64,000 bases of DNA from Chloroflexota bacterium (lineage in GTDB: Bacteria > Chloroflexota > Anaerolineae > UBA7937 > B3-Chlor): contig JAUWLF010000010.1 of assembly GCA_030613785.1 (NCBI GenBank), positions 2,028 to 66,027 on the forward strand, read 5' to 3'. Shown here piece by piece: positions 55,358 to 64,000 of the stretch; the first letter of the stretch is position 1, and the number at the start of each line of letters is the position of its first letter. The notes beneath the pieces are model-generated. The model was not told the origin of the DNA. It worked only from the letters and a program-made list of their open reading frames with translations, and searched no databases. Position numbers and translations under genes: made by a program.

Positions 55358-55389
55358 GAGGGTGAGGGCACTCTGGTGTCCTCACCCTC
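55358..55389 (-). terminator. intrinsic terminator of the bactofilin-like gene
   Basis: GAGGGTGAGG, a 12-nt loop, CCTCACCCTC. On the minus strand it is followed by UUUGUUGUCUU, 41 nt after the stop. Confidence 0.55.
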
Positions 55390-55429
55390 ACAGTCTGCTC
55401 GCACTAGACGATGCATCGCTGTAGCACCG

Positions 55430-56806
55430 TTAGGCTTCAGCCGGAGCTTCCTCCTTGCCCTTCCTAATGCGTACCCACGCCAGGAGCCAGATGGCCCCCA
55501 GCCCAAACACGGTCACCACAAAGCTGAAGAGACTACCCAGGACGGGGATGCTCCTCAGCAGCACGAAGATAGCCAATCCTATCAACAAGGGTATGATGCC
55601 CATCGCCTTGTCCACCCACGCCGAAGCGGTACGCTTCAAGATCAGCCACCCGACTAGATAGGCGAAGGCCACCTTGGTGATGTAGATGGCGATGATCGAG
55701 AACCCCACAACCAGAGCGCCCTCCGCCACCATGAAGATGCCGGTTATTGGGAATACCAAGCCGCCCAAGGTCAGCAGTCCAAGGATGACGTCTAGAATGA
55801 TCATCACCAGAAACAGCAATGGCACGGCGACGAAGAAGGCCAGAAGCACCGCCACGCCCCAGCCCAGGCTGTGCACTGGCTTCTCCTTCCAGTGACGAAC
55901 TACTTCCTTCAACCACTTGGGTACCAGCCAGAGGAGCAACACGCCGATGATGAGCAGGGTTACGAAGGTCCGCACTGCGCCGACGACCCAGCTAACGAAC
56001 CAGGTCACGATAGCGGCGAGGGTGAGTGCACCGGTGGGAATCGGGGGCACTTCCACCTCTGGCGCCTCCACCTCCTCCGGAACCGGCGTCTGGTAGACGA
56101 TGGCTCCACCCACCACATCGCCAGGGATCTGCGCCGTGACGGAGCTCGTATAGGCCAACTCACCGTCTATCTGGGCCCCCTCCTTGATGCTCAGCCCCGG
56201 ACCCATCATCCCAGCCGGCATGTACGGGTTCCACATGGTCATGAAGAAGCTCCACTGTTCGAACTCTGGATCCGCTTCCCCGACCTCGGCCTGGACATCA
56301 CCCACAATGTGCCCGGAGATCTCGAGTCCGGCAACGCCCGCCTGAACGTTTCCAGCAATGTCTCCACCAAGCCGAGCCTGATACCCTACGACGTACACAT
56401 CACCCGCTATTCTACTTTCTGGCTCTGCGGAGAAGCCGAAGCCAGCAGCGAACAGATCATCGCCCACCTGGGCGCCTGACCCCAAACGGAGATCGCTACC
56501 AGCGAAGCGCACGTCATCGGCCACCGTGCCGTTGATGTGAACTCTGCCTCCAGCAGCCCACAAGTCTCCCTCCACAAGACCGTTGACGGTGATCTCGCCC
56601 CCCAAGGCGATCAGATCGCCATGGATTGTGGAGTTGACGGTGATTGAACCTCCCATGAGGTACAGGTCATCGTCCACATCCTGGTCAATAACTATCACAT
56701 CCTTGGTCCTGATGTCACCGGCCAGCACAGGCGCCGACACCAGCAAGGAGATCAGAACCACCAGTCCGATGGCGACCAGCGATCTCTTAACGTAACGTTT
56801 CCTCAT
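55430..56806 (-). CDS. membrane protein with N-terminal bactofilin-like (polymer-forming, beta-helical) repeats and C-terminal TM bundle
   Basis: Signal or anchor, then repeated DLxxxGGxIxVNGxVxGDL units (GDLIALGGEITVNGLVEGDLWAAGGRVHINGTV), followed by about 6 TM helices. Confidence 0.8.
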   Translation of the reverse strand: MRKRYVKRSLVAIGLVVLISLLVSAPVLAGDIRTKDVIVIDQDVDDDLYLMGGSITVNSTIHGDLIALGGEITVNGLVEGDLWAAGGRVHINGTVADDVRFAGSDLRLGSGAQVGDDLFAAGFGFSAEPESRIAGDVYVVGYQARLGGDIAGNVQAGVAGLEISGHIVGDVQAEVGEADPEFEQWSFFMTMWNPYMPAGMMGPGLSIKEGAQIDGELAYTSSVTAQIPGDVVGGAIVYQTPVPEEVEAPEVEVPPIPTGALTLAAIVTWFVSWVVGAVRTFVTLLIIGVLLLWLVPKWLKEVVRHWKEKPVHSLGWGVAVLLAFFVAVPLLFLVMIILDVILGLLTLGGLVFPITGIFMVAEGALVVGFSIIAIYITKVAFAYLVGWLILKRTASAWVDKAMGIIPLLIGLAIFVLLRSIPVLGSLFSFVVTVFGLGAIWLLAWVRIRKGKEEAPAEA

Positions 56807-57019
56807 TTGTCTCCTCCTTCGATACTGTCTCTGTCCTCTTCAGTACTCGTCTCTTCTTACGCCCCAGATCTCACCATCTGCTCACTACCACACTGGCCAA
56901 ACCAGCGATGAAGTGGCGGCTGGAATTCCGTCGTCAACGGTCGCTCCAGTGTATCATCAGCGTGCGGCTTGTGCAAGAGCACGCAGGGATGGACAGAACG
57001 GCGAAGGCCCGAACAGGCG

Positions 57020-59572
57020 CTACGGAGCAATCACACCGACTGTCCCTAGAGGGAAGCTCTCCTCCCATTCGCCAAGTGAGGACCAGAAAGGCACAGTCTC
57101 CCTCAGTCCCGTCGGTAGGATCCTCTGCAGGGTCAGGGTGAGTTCGTAGCTGCCCGGCGCTGCATCAGGCGGAATCTGAAGACGGTACACGTCTCGCACC
57201 AACTCCTCCCTTCCCCATAGAGTGCTAGGGTAGCTGAGGTCGAGACAGCCGCCCCGCTCTGTGGCCTGCACCCTACCCTCCTCGTCCCTCAATTCCACGA
57301 CCGCCTCCACCAGAGGCAGGGGTACATCCCAGGCTCGCCACAGAATCTCCACCCCGATCTCATCTCCCAATTCTGACTCCGACGCGTCCAGTTCATACCC
57401 CACCAACTGCAACGCGTCGCCGAAGTTCGCCCACGGCTCGTGGGCCATCCGCGGCGGACGTGGCGGAACAAGAGCCCTATCCACCACCGTCGTGCCTATG
57501 GTCCCCTCGCCATCCTGGCCAGCCATGCCCTCCCCTGAGTCACTGTCCCGCATCTCTATGACCAGATCGTAGGCCAGTGGTGGCGTGCCTACCGGAATCT
57601 CCGTGCTAAGAGTCTGAGACACGATCTCCCCCACATACCATTCCGTGGTCCGTGGCGAGGGTGGCGCAATGACGTGGGCGAAACCCGTCCCATCGCTGGT
57701 CCTCAGACGCAGGTGGGTCTCATACTCTCTCTCCATCTCCCGCTCGGCCTGCCAGAACAGAGTCAAGGCCAGATCATCCCCCGAGCGCACACCCTCGGGG
57801 CCTTCGTAGCCCAACAAGGTGATCTGTCCCCCAAAGGTGAGGTCCACGGGATGGTATGACGGCTCAGATCCATATTCCGGCCCGGGGTCTGTCGCATAGC
57901 ACTGGACCCGCATGTAGCTCTCCCCGGCGAACTCCACGTCGCCAATCATGCGTCCATGCTCGTCCAGCCAATCGCGGATGAAGCCTTGAGGGTCGGCCAC
58001 CGTGTCATAGATGCGGTACACCCATACCCGTGGATGGTGAGCAAAGACCCGCTCCAAAGCCTGCACCGTCTCCTCCTGGGTGGTGGCGTAGAAATCGGAG
58101 GCGGGATCCCCCCAACCCAAGCCTTTGTCCCCGCCGATGACCCCTGTCTGCAACAAGACGATCCCCTCCGGGACTTCGCGCCCGGGCTCGTAATCCACTA
58201 GACGTCCACGCCACGCGATGTCCGCTCCGTAGTAGTAGAGAAAGGGCGGATAAGCATACCCGGCGTTGATGAGGACAGCGTCGCCGGGACCGATCCGCTC
58301 TTCGGCATAACTTACTGCGCCTCTGTGATCGTCAGAGGCATGTGCAGGAGTGAAATGGAAGTTGTAGATCGAGTATCCACAGGCGACGGTCAGAATAGAG
58401 AGAGCGATGGGCAGGGAAAAGCGCCACCTGGCCCTCAGGCTGACGAGACCCAGCGCCAGGACCAAGTAGAAAGGCGGCGAATAGGCGAACACGTATCGCG
58501 CATGGAAGAGTGGGGTTCCCAACGAAAGGAGATACATCATCAACAGAGGCACGAAGGTGTATCCGCCGAGCAGGGCGGTGCCCACCCTACCTCGACCCCC
58601 TCCTGACGGGCTCAGCAAGCCCAAGAGGTAGATGGCGAACAAGAAAGACAGGAGAGGCCAGACCAGCACACTCCAGGGGTCCACTGACTGCCCCAGCGCC
58701 AGCGCCGTCCACGACTCCACCAGCACCGTCCCCAGCCCGACCAAGCCCCGCCAGGGCGGAACCGGCGGGTCCAGCATCTGACGGAGTGCTATCGGCAGCC
58801 AGGGCAGGCACAGCGCCAACACGGCAGCCTGGGCCAGGAGCCAGCGGGCCAGAGACAAGGGCGCGTTCCTGTTGCTGACGTTGTTACACAGCCACCATCC
58901 GACAACAAAGAAGTTCTCGAAAAGCAGCAGAAAGGCGAAATAGTACAACGTATGCAGGCCTGCGGCCGCAGACAAGATGTAGCCTATCCAGAATCCCAAC
59001 CGTGCCTGGTCTCTATCAGAAGAGGTCTCAACCTGTCCCAGCGGTCGTGAAGACGTGAGCCTGGTCATACCAGCCAGCCGCACCAGGCAATAGAGGGAGA
59101 TCAGGCCCAGGAAGGCTCCCAGGGTGTACATACGTATCTCCTGGGAATACCACAGGTTAAAGGGCGAGATGGCGATCAGGAATGCTGTCAGCAGACCAAT
59201 CTGCCTATCGTACAGGTCGCTCGCCAAGCGATAGGCAAGAGCGACAATGAGCACGCCGAAGAACAGCGACAGGAACGTCGAGGAGAACTCGCTGGCACCC
59301 GCGGCAGCGGTCCAGAAATGCAGCACGTAGTAGTACAGGGGGGGATGGATGTCGCCCGCGGTGTGGAGGGTAAGGCCCCTCAGGTCCTTCGTCGCCAGGT
59401 GGATGCTCACCGCCTCATCGTACCAGATGCTCCGGTATCCCAGGCGATAGAGGCGCAGACCAAATGACAGGAGGATCACAAGCACCAGCAGGGCTCTCAC
59501 TCCATTGGGAGAACTCCACCAAGCCAGCCTACCGCTTATCCTTGCCAATCTGGTGTCTCCTCCGGTGAGCAT
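57020..59572 (-). CDS. GT-C glycosyltransferase family 39 / ArnT-like protein with large C-terminal extracytoplasmic domain
   Basis: RLGYRSIWYDEAVSIHLA...GDIHPPLYYYVLHFW is typical of the PMT_2/ArnT N-terminus. About 11 or more TM helices are followed by a ~400-aa soluble domain. Confidence 0.85.
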   Translation of the reverse strand: MLTGGDTRLARISGRLAWWSSPNGVRALLVLVILLSFGLRLYRLGYRSIWYDEAVSIHLATKDLRGLTLHTAGDIHPPLYYYVLHFWTAAAGASEFSSTFLSLFFGVLIVALAYRLASDLYDRQIGLLTAFLIAISPFNLWYSQEIRMYTLGAFLGLISLYCLVRLAGMTRLTSSRPLGQVETSSDRDQARLGFWIGYILSAAAGLHTLYYFAFLLLFENFFVVGWWLCNNVSNRNAPLSLARWLLAQAAVLALCLPWLPIALRQMLDPPVPPWRGLVGLGTVLVESWTALALGQSVDPWSVLVWPLLSFLFAIYLLGLLSPSGGGRGRVGTALLGGYTFVPLLMMYLLSLGTPLFHARYVFAYSPPFYLVLALGLVSLRARWRFSLPIALSILTVACGYSIYNFHFTPAHASDDHRGAVSYAEERIGPGDAVLINAGYAYPPFLYYYGADIAWRGRLVDYEPGREVPEGIVLLQTGVIGGDKGLGWGDPASDFYATTQEETVQALERVFAHHPRVWVYRIYDTVADPQGFIRDWLDEHGRMIGDVEFAGESYMRVQCYATDPGPEYGSEPSYHPVDLTFGGQITLLGYEGPEGVRSGDDLALTLFWQAEREMEREYETHLRLRTSDGTGFAHVIAPPSPRTTEWYVGEIVSQTLSTEIPVGTPPLAYDLVIEMRDSDSGEGMAGQDGEGTIGTTVVDRALVPPRPPRMAHEPWANFGDALQLVGYELDASESELGDEIGVEILWRAWDVPLPLVEAVVELRDEEGRVQATERGGCLDLSYPSTLWGREELVRDVYRLQIPPDAAPGSYELTLTLQRILPTGLRETVPFWSSLGEWEESFPLGTVGVIAP

Positions 59573-59713
59573 ATCCTCCAGCGAGCGTCGCTGCCCATCA
59601 CCTTTCGTATCTTAGCATAGCTCCAATTGCACCACCACCTTTCGATCGTCACACCACGTGTGGTATAATGCCCATTGAGGGGACAGCCATCTCCCAAATG
59701 ACTCGGGGAAAGC

Positions 59714-60577
59714 ATGAGAACACCCTTCTTCATGGCTTCGGTGGTCATCTTGTTTCTGGCCGGACTGATGGCCTGGCTCTATCGAGGCCTGCTCATGAGC
59801 CTCATGGTCAGAATCCTGGCCTCTTCCGTGCCCAATGCCGCCAAACGCCATGGGCTGAGGATCCACTTCGGTGCCCATCAGGGAGGCTGGACCAAGTTCG
59901 CGCTTCAAGCCAATCTGGGCAAGGTCCTCTCTCAGGTCTTGGATCGCCCGGTGGAAGCGACCGCCTACTCCCGCTTCGGAGGCTTCAACCTCAACCACGT
60001 GTACTCCGACTTCATGAACCCGGACTCCCCCTACTACCAGGCCTGGCTGGGAGCCTACGTGGTATTCGATGACGAGCAGAGGCGGGCTTTTGCTTTCGAC
60101 CAAGCCGGAGGGTTTGTCCCTTGGGAGGTCACAGCCGTCCTCGAGGCCGACCAGCGGCTGGTGTTTGCCAGCACTGGTTGCCCTCACAGGTTTCCCGACG
60201 GCAACGCAGTCAGGCTTAGAGGAGAGCTCGCAGCAGATCAGAGAGAGCAGCACGGATTGACGTGGTGGAGAATCACGGGCGAGGCTGATACCTGGTCCGC
60301 CTACCACCACGGCACCAACCCAAGGGGCAGCCGTGTCCGTAGCAGGGTTTATGGCGTCGTTCCCGCCTCAGCCACGCACGATGTGGATGACTTTCATCCC
60401 CTGCGGTATAAGGGGGAATTCTGGATGCGGTACTTCCCCGAATACGAGGCGACCTGCGCCAAGTTCTACATCTGTCCGTACTACAGTAGCAGAAACGGCA
60501 CGGAGGTAACCAAGGGCGAGCGCATCGTCGCCGAATGTCGCCAGCTCTTGGAGAGTATCACCTTTGATGCCAAGTGA
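59714..60577 (+). CDS. membrane-anchored hypothetical protein
   Basis: 287 aa with an N-terminal TM (FFMASVVILFLAGLMAWLY). No family recognised. It ends 5 nt before, or overlaps, cobO. Confidence 0.7.
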   Translation: MRTPFFMASVVILFLAGLMAWLYRGLLMSLMVRILASSVPNAAKRHGLRIHFGAHQGGWTKFALQANLGKVLSQVLDRPVEATAYSRFGGFNLNHVYSDFMNPDSPYYQAWLGAYVVFDDEQRRAFAFDQAGGFVPWEVTAVLEADQRLVFASTGCPHRFPDGNAVRLRGELAADQREQHGLTWWRITGEADTWSAYHHGTNPRGSRVRSRVYGVVPASATHDVDDFHPLRYKGEFWMRYFPEYEATCAKFYICPYYSSRNGTEVTKGERIVAECRQLLESITFDAK

Positions 60578-60582
60578 GAACG

Positions 60583-61110
60583 ATGCCCCCAGCCAAAGGT
60601 CTGATACAGGTCTATACGGGCAGTGGGAAAGGCAAGACGACGGCAGCCTTGGGCCAGGCCATGCGTGCCGCAGGTCAGGGGTTGATGGTCTACATCGTGC
60701 AGTTCATGAAAGGCTGGCCCTACTACGGCGAGCTTGACACGGTGGGCCAGCACCCCAACATCACCCTCAAGCAGTTCGGTCGCCCTGACTTTGTAAGTAA
60801 GGCCAACCCCGAGCCTGTGGACGTCCGCAAGGCTGAGGAGGCACTGGACCATGCCCGGGAGATAGTGATGAGCGGAGAGTACGACCTAGTTATCCTGGAC
60901 GAGGTGAACGTAGCCCTGGAGTGGAAGTTGATCGCACTGGGCGACGTGCTGTCCCTCATGGCTGGGAAGCCCCCACAGGTAGAATTGATACTGACAGGCC
61001 GATATGCAGATCCTGAGGTCATCGCTGGGGCCGACCTGGTCACAGAGATGCGGGAGATAAAGCATCCCTACCAAAAAGGCCTCCTCAGCCGCAGGGGAAT
61101 AGACTACTGA
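60583..61110 (+). CDS. cobO: cob(I)yrinic acid a,c-diamide / cob(I)alamin adenosyltransferase (CobO/BtuR type)
   Basis: GLIQVYTGSGKGKTTAALGQAMRAAGQG...VQFMKG...LVILDE...LTGR. Confidence 0.9.
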   Translation: MPPAKGLIQVYTGSGKGKTTAALGQAMRAAGQGLMVYIVQFMKGWPYYGELDTVGQHPNITLKQFGRPDFVSKANPEPVDVRKAEEALDHAREIVMSGEYDLVILDEVNVALEWKLIALGDVLSLMAGKPPQVELILTGRYADPEVIAGADLVTEMREIKHPYQKGLLSRRGIDY

Positions 61111-61122
61111 GGGGAGAGACGG

Positions 61123-62802
61123 ATGTTCGACAAAGAGAAGCTCGAAGGAATCCGTGACAGCTTTAACCGGTGGGAGGAAACCACCCTACAGCAACACCTG
61201 GCCCGGCGCCCCGAAAGGAATGACCAGTTCGTGACCTTGTCTGGCGAGGAGATGAAGCGCCTGTACACTCCCTTGGACATCGCAGATTTGGACTATGAGA
61301 GAGATTTGGGCATGCCCGGCGAATACCCCTTCACCAGAGGTGTTCATCCCACCATGTACAGGGGGCGGCCGTGGACCGTGCGCATGTTCGCCGGCTACGG
61401 TACCGCTGAGGAGACCAACGCTCGCTTCAAGTACCTCTTGGACCACGGAGAGACCGGCCTCTCGGTGGCCTTCGATTACCCCACGCTCTACGGCTACGAT
61501 TCCGATGCTCCGGAGGCCATTGGCGAATTCGGCAAATGTGGTGTGGCCATCTCCTCGGTCAAGGACATGGAGATCCTCTTCGACGGCATTCCTATGGACA
61601 AGGTCACCACCTCCATGACCATCAACGGGCCAGCGGCGATCGTCTGGGCCATGTACATCGGCGCGGCGGAGAAGCAGGGTGTCTCCCAGGAAAAGCTGGG
61701 AGGAACGATACAAAACGACATCCTGAAGGAATACATCGCCCAGAAGTCCTACATCTTCCCACCGGAACCGTCTTTGCGTCTTATCGTCGACACCTTCGAG
61801 TACGGCTCCCAGTACCTACCGCGCTGGAACACCATCTCCATCAGTGGCTACCACATCCGGGAGGCGGGTTCCACGGCTGTTCAGGAGCTGGCCTTTACCC
61901 TGGCCGACGGCTTGGCCTACGTGAAGGCGGCCGTGGAGCGCGGATTGGATGTGGATGAGTTCGCCCCTCGCCTCTCCTTCTTCTTCAACGCCCACAACGA
62001 CTTCTTTGAGGAGATCGCCAAGTACCGCGCGGCCCGCCGCGTATGGGCGCGGGAGATGCGCGAGCGGTTCAAGGCCAAGAATCCCCGTTCCTGGTGGATG
62101 CGCTTTCATACTCAGACGGCGGGTGTCAGTCTCACCGCCCAGCAGCCGCAGAACAACGTGGCTCGGGTGGCTATCCAGGCTCTGGCTGCGGTGCTGGGAG
62201 GCACTCAATCCTTGCACACCAACTCCATGGACGAGGCCCTGGCCCTACCCAGTGCGTTGTCGGCACGAGTCGCTCTGCGAACCCAGCAGATCATCGATCA
62301 TGAAAGCGGGGTCACCAATTCCGTGGACCCATTGGCCGGCAGTTTCCTGGTGGAGAGCCTCACCAACCGCATGGAGGAGGAGACCTACGAGATCTTCGCC
62401 AAGATCGCCGAACTCGGCGGGGTAATACCAGCCATCCAAGCAGGGTATTTCCAGCAGGAGATCGCTCAGAGCGCCTATCAGTACCAGCGGGAGATCGACG
62501 CTGGACAACGGACTATCGTGGGAGTCAACGCGTACCGATTGGATGAGCCCTTGGCCATTCCTCTGCTGAGGATGGACCCTGAGGGACGCGAACGGCAGCT
62601 AAGTCGTCTCAATGGGTTGAGACGCGAGCGGGACCACGAGGAGCTGACAAGGCGGTTGGAGGCCCTGCGCCAGGCAGCAGAAGGCAGTGAGAACCTCATG
62701 CCCTACATCCTGGACGCGGTCCGAGCCTACGGTACCCTGGGCGAGATCTGCGGCGTCCTGAGGGAGGTATTCGGCGAGTACCGCGAAGCGGCGATCATCT
62801 GA
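61123..62802 (+). CDS. acyl-CoA (methylmalonyl-CoA-type) mutase, large catalytic subunit without B12-binding domain
   Basis: [62 protein letters not shown]. Its 559 aa end before where a fused B12-binding domain would begin. Confidence 0.9.
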   Translation: MFDKEKLEGIRDSFNRWEETTLQQHLARRPERNDQFVTLSGEEMKRLYTPLDIADLDYERDLGMPGEYPFTRGVHPTMYRGRPWTVRMFAGYGTAEETNARFKYLLDHGETGLSVAFDYPTLYGYDSDAPEAIGEFGKCGVAISSVKDMEILFDGIPMDKVTTSMTINGPAAIVWAMYIGAAEKQGVSQEKLGGTIQNDILKEYIAQKSYIFPPEPSLRLIVDTFEYGSQYLPRWNTISISGYHIREAGSTAVQELAFTLADGLAYVKAAVERGLDVDEFAPRLSFFFNAHNDFFEEIAKYRAARRVWAREMRERFKAKNPRSWWMRFHTQTAGVSLTAQQPQNNVARVAIQALAAVLGGTQSLHTNSMDEALALPSALSARVALRTQQIIDHESGVTNSVDPLAGSFLVESLTNRMEEETYEIFAKIAELGGVIPAIQAGYFQQEIAQSAYQYQREIDAGQRTIVGVNAYRLDEPLAIPLLRMDPEGRERQLSRLNGLRRERDHEELTRRLEALRQAAEGSENLMPYILDAVRAYGTLGEICGVLREVFGEYREAAII

Positions 62803-63010
62803 TAAGACGTGCTCGCGAACACAAGTATTCGGTGCGTTCGGCACTAGCGCCCTCTGTCAAGTGGAGCTCCCCGCTTGTGCTTCTCAGAGGTTGGTGTCGG
62901 GATGTGACGGGCCACGGTCAGCAGTGGCTTGAGCCACACCTCGCCTCAGTTGACTGCCCACAACTACCCCTCAGCGTTCTCAACCTGACTAACTCGGCGT
63001 GCGCGGTGAA

Positions 63011-63039
63011 TTGCCAAACCCTATCAGGTGCGCTATGAT
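63011..63039 (+). promoter_or_regulatory. candidate promoter TTGCCA-17-TATGAT
   Basis: Hexamers are at 63011-63016 and 63034-63039. It lies about 160 nt upstream of the 5'-nucleotidase start. Confidence 0.4.
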
Positions 63040-63197
63040 AGTCACCGTCTGTCCGATGGGCTGTCCCAAAGGACGGGCGCAAGGCGTGCCCACACTCATC
63101 ACGTACGCCTGGTGCAGTCAGGCGTACGTCTTCCCTCGGTGCCGTCAGCCAAGCTTGACAGTAGCTATTGTTATCTCGACAGAAGGGAGCAAACATC

Positions 63198-64000
63198 ATG
63201 AACACCAAGAAGTTCACAATCTTGCATTCCAATGACATGCACGGGGATTTCCTGGCAGAAGTCCAGGGCGCTGAAGGCAAGCTCATCGGCGGGCTCGCAC
63301 TCCTCTCGGGCTATGTCAACCGGGTTCGCAGAGAGGAGGAGAACGTCCTGTACGTCATCTCCGGGGACATGGTGCAAGGGTCCCTGATCGATTCAGAATT
63401 CAAGGGTATCTCCACTATCGAAATCATGAACTTCATTGCGCCCGACGTCGTCACCCTGGGGAACCATGAGATTGACTATGGTCTGCCTCACCTGCTATTC
63501 CTCGAGAAGATGGCCAACTTCCCCATCGTGAATGCCAACATGTACATCGCGAAGTACAACAAACGGTTGATGCGGCCGTACCTCATCATCAACGTGGCGG
63601 GCTTTGACATCATGTTCATCGGCATCCTAACCGAAGCCGTCTTGCAGTCGTTGAAGATGGACAGGCTAATTGGCACCTTCATCTCGCTGGAGGAGGCCAG
63701 TCACGAGGTGGGCAAGATCTGCAACGCCTACAAAGACGAAGACATCGATCTCACAATCCTTCTTACGCACATCGGCTTTGAATCCGACAAGGAATTGGCG
63801 GAGCTGCTCAACCCGGAATGGGGCGTGGATATGATCATTGGAGGGCACTCCCACACCATTCTAGAGCAACCGGCTATCGTCAAGGACATACTCATCACCC
63901 AAGCGGGTGTAGGCACGGACCAGATTGGACGCTTCGACATCGTGGTAGACGACGACACCAACAGCATCGTGGAATGGAAGTGGCAACTCCTGCCCGTAGA
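63198..64000 (+). CDS. bifunctional metallophosphatase / 5'-nucleotidase (UshA-like), C-terminus outside window
   Basis: Absent from the ORF track because there is no stop in the window. The ATG at 63198 follows GAAGGGAG. Motifs ILHSNDMHG, SGDMVQG, LGNHEIDYG and GGHSH are calcineurin-like phosphoesterase motifs. Confidence 0.85.
   Translation, partial: MNTKKFTILHSNDMHGDFLAEVQGAEGKLIGGLALLSGYVNRVRREEENVLYVISGDMVQGSLIDSEFKGISTIEIMNFIAPDVVTLGNHEIDYGLPHLLFLEKMANFPIVNANMYIAKYNKRLMRPYLIINVAGFDIMFIGILTEAVLQSLKMDRLIGTFISLEEASHEVGKICNAYKDEDIDLTILLTHIGFESDKELAELLNPEWGVDMIIGGHSHTILEQPAIVKDILITQAGVGTDQIGRFDIVVDDDTNSIVEWKWQLLPV

Noticed and set aside
1-64000. A search by eye for tRNA or rRNA genes, transposases, integrases and CRISPR arrays.
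   Set aside because: No T-arm GGTTCGAATCC-type motif, rRNA-like conserved block, DDE or tyrosine-recombinase ORF, or spaced direct repeats were seen. A tRNAscan/Infernal run would be needed for certainty.

Overview
This is a dense bacterial chromosomal segment of about 60% GC with roughly 70 protein genes. I found no rRNA, tRNA, CRISPR array, transposase or integrase. The synteny (remA-gmk, tmk-darA, an ECF transporter operon, GerW/YtfJ, many Tat or lipoprotein-exported proteins, REP-like GC hairpins) fits a Chloroflexota-like or other Terrabacteria lineage, but that placement is tentative. Housekeeping genes include ruvA, radC, tmk, gmk, remA, mnmG, tatA, zupT, ecfA1-ecfA2-ecfT-S, cobO and an acyl-CoA mutase large subunit. 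Features found by reading beyond the ORF track: (1) A BCP/PrxQ peroxiredoxin is split by the ORF caller because one in-frame TGA sits exactly at the peroxidatic Cys position, so it is probably a selenoprotein; candidate SECIS hairpins follow the TGA. (2) Two tandem, indel-free 475-aa B12-binding radical SAM paralogs lie next to an exported tandem-repeat protein and diverge from a MerR/GyrI regulator whose promoter has a 19-bp spacer containing a dyad. (3) A two-gene low-GC island encodes a nucleotidyltransferase and a CDP-alcohol phosphatidyltransferase (split IPCT/DIPPS-like), followed by a HEPN (AbiU2-like) gene. (4) A chain of ATGA-overlapped genes runs from a small partner protein to an AbiEii-type nucleotidyltransferase (DxD changed to DxH) to RadC. 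(5) There are one intact and one decayed toxin-antitoxin module and a 5'-truncated ABC permease remnant. (6) A promoter plus intrinsic terminator leader precedes the ECF operon (riboswitch or attenuator candidate). (7) A Zur-like GTAAT-N-ATTAC operator sits on a consensus promoter between zupT and a Dps-like ferritin. Cobalamin-linked genes recur across the window. I cannot tell from sequence alone which of these, if any, is a truly new system. The low-GC island plus HEPN gene, the rSAM pair and the NTase chain are the best accessory-type candidates.
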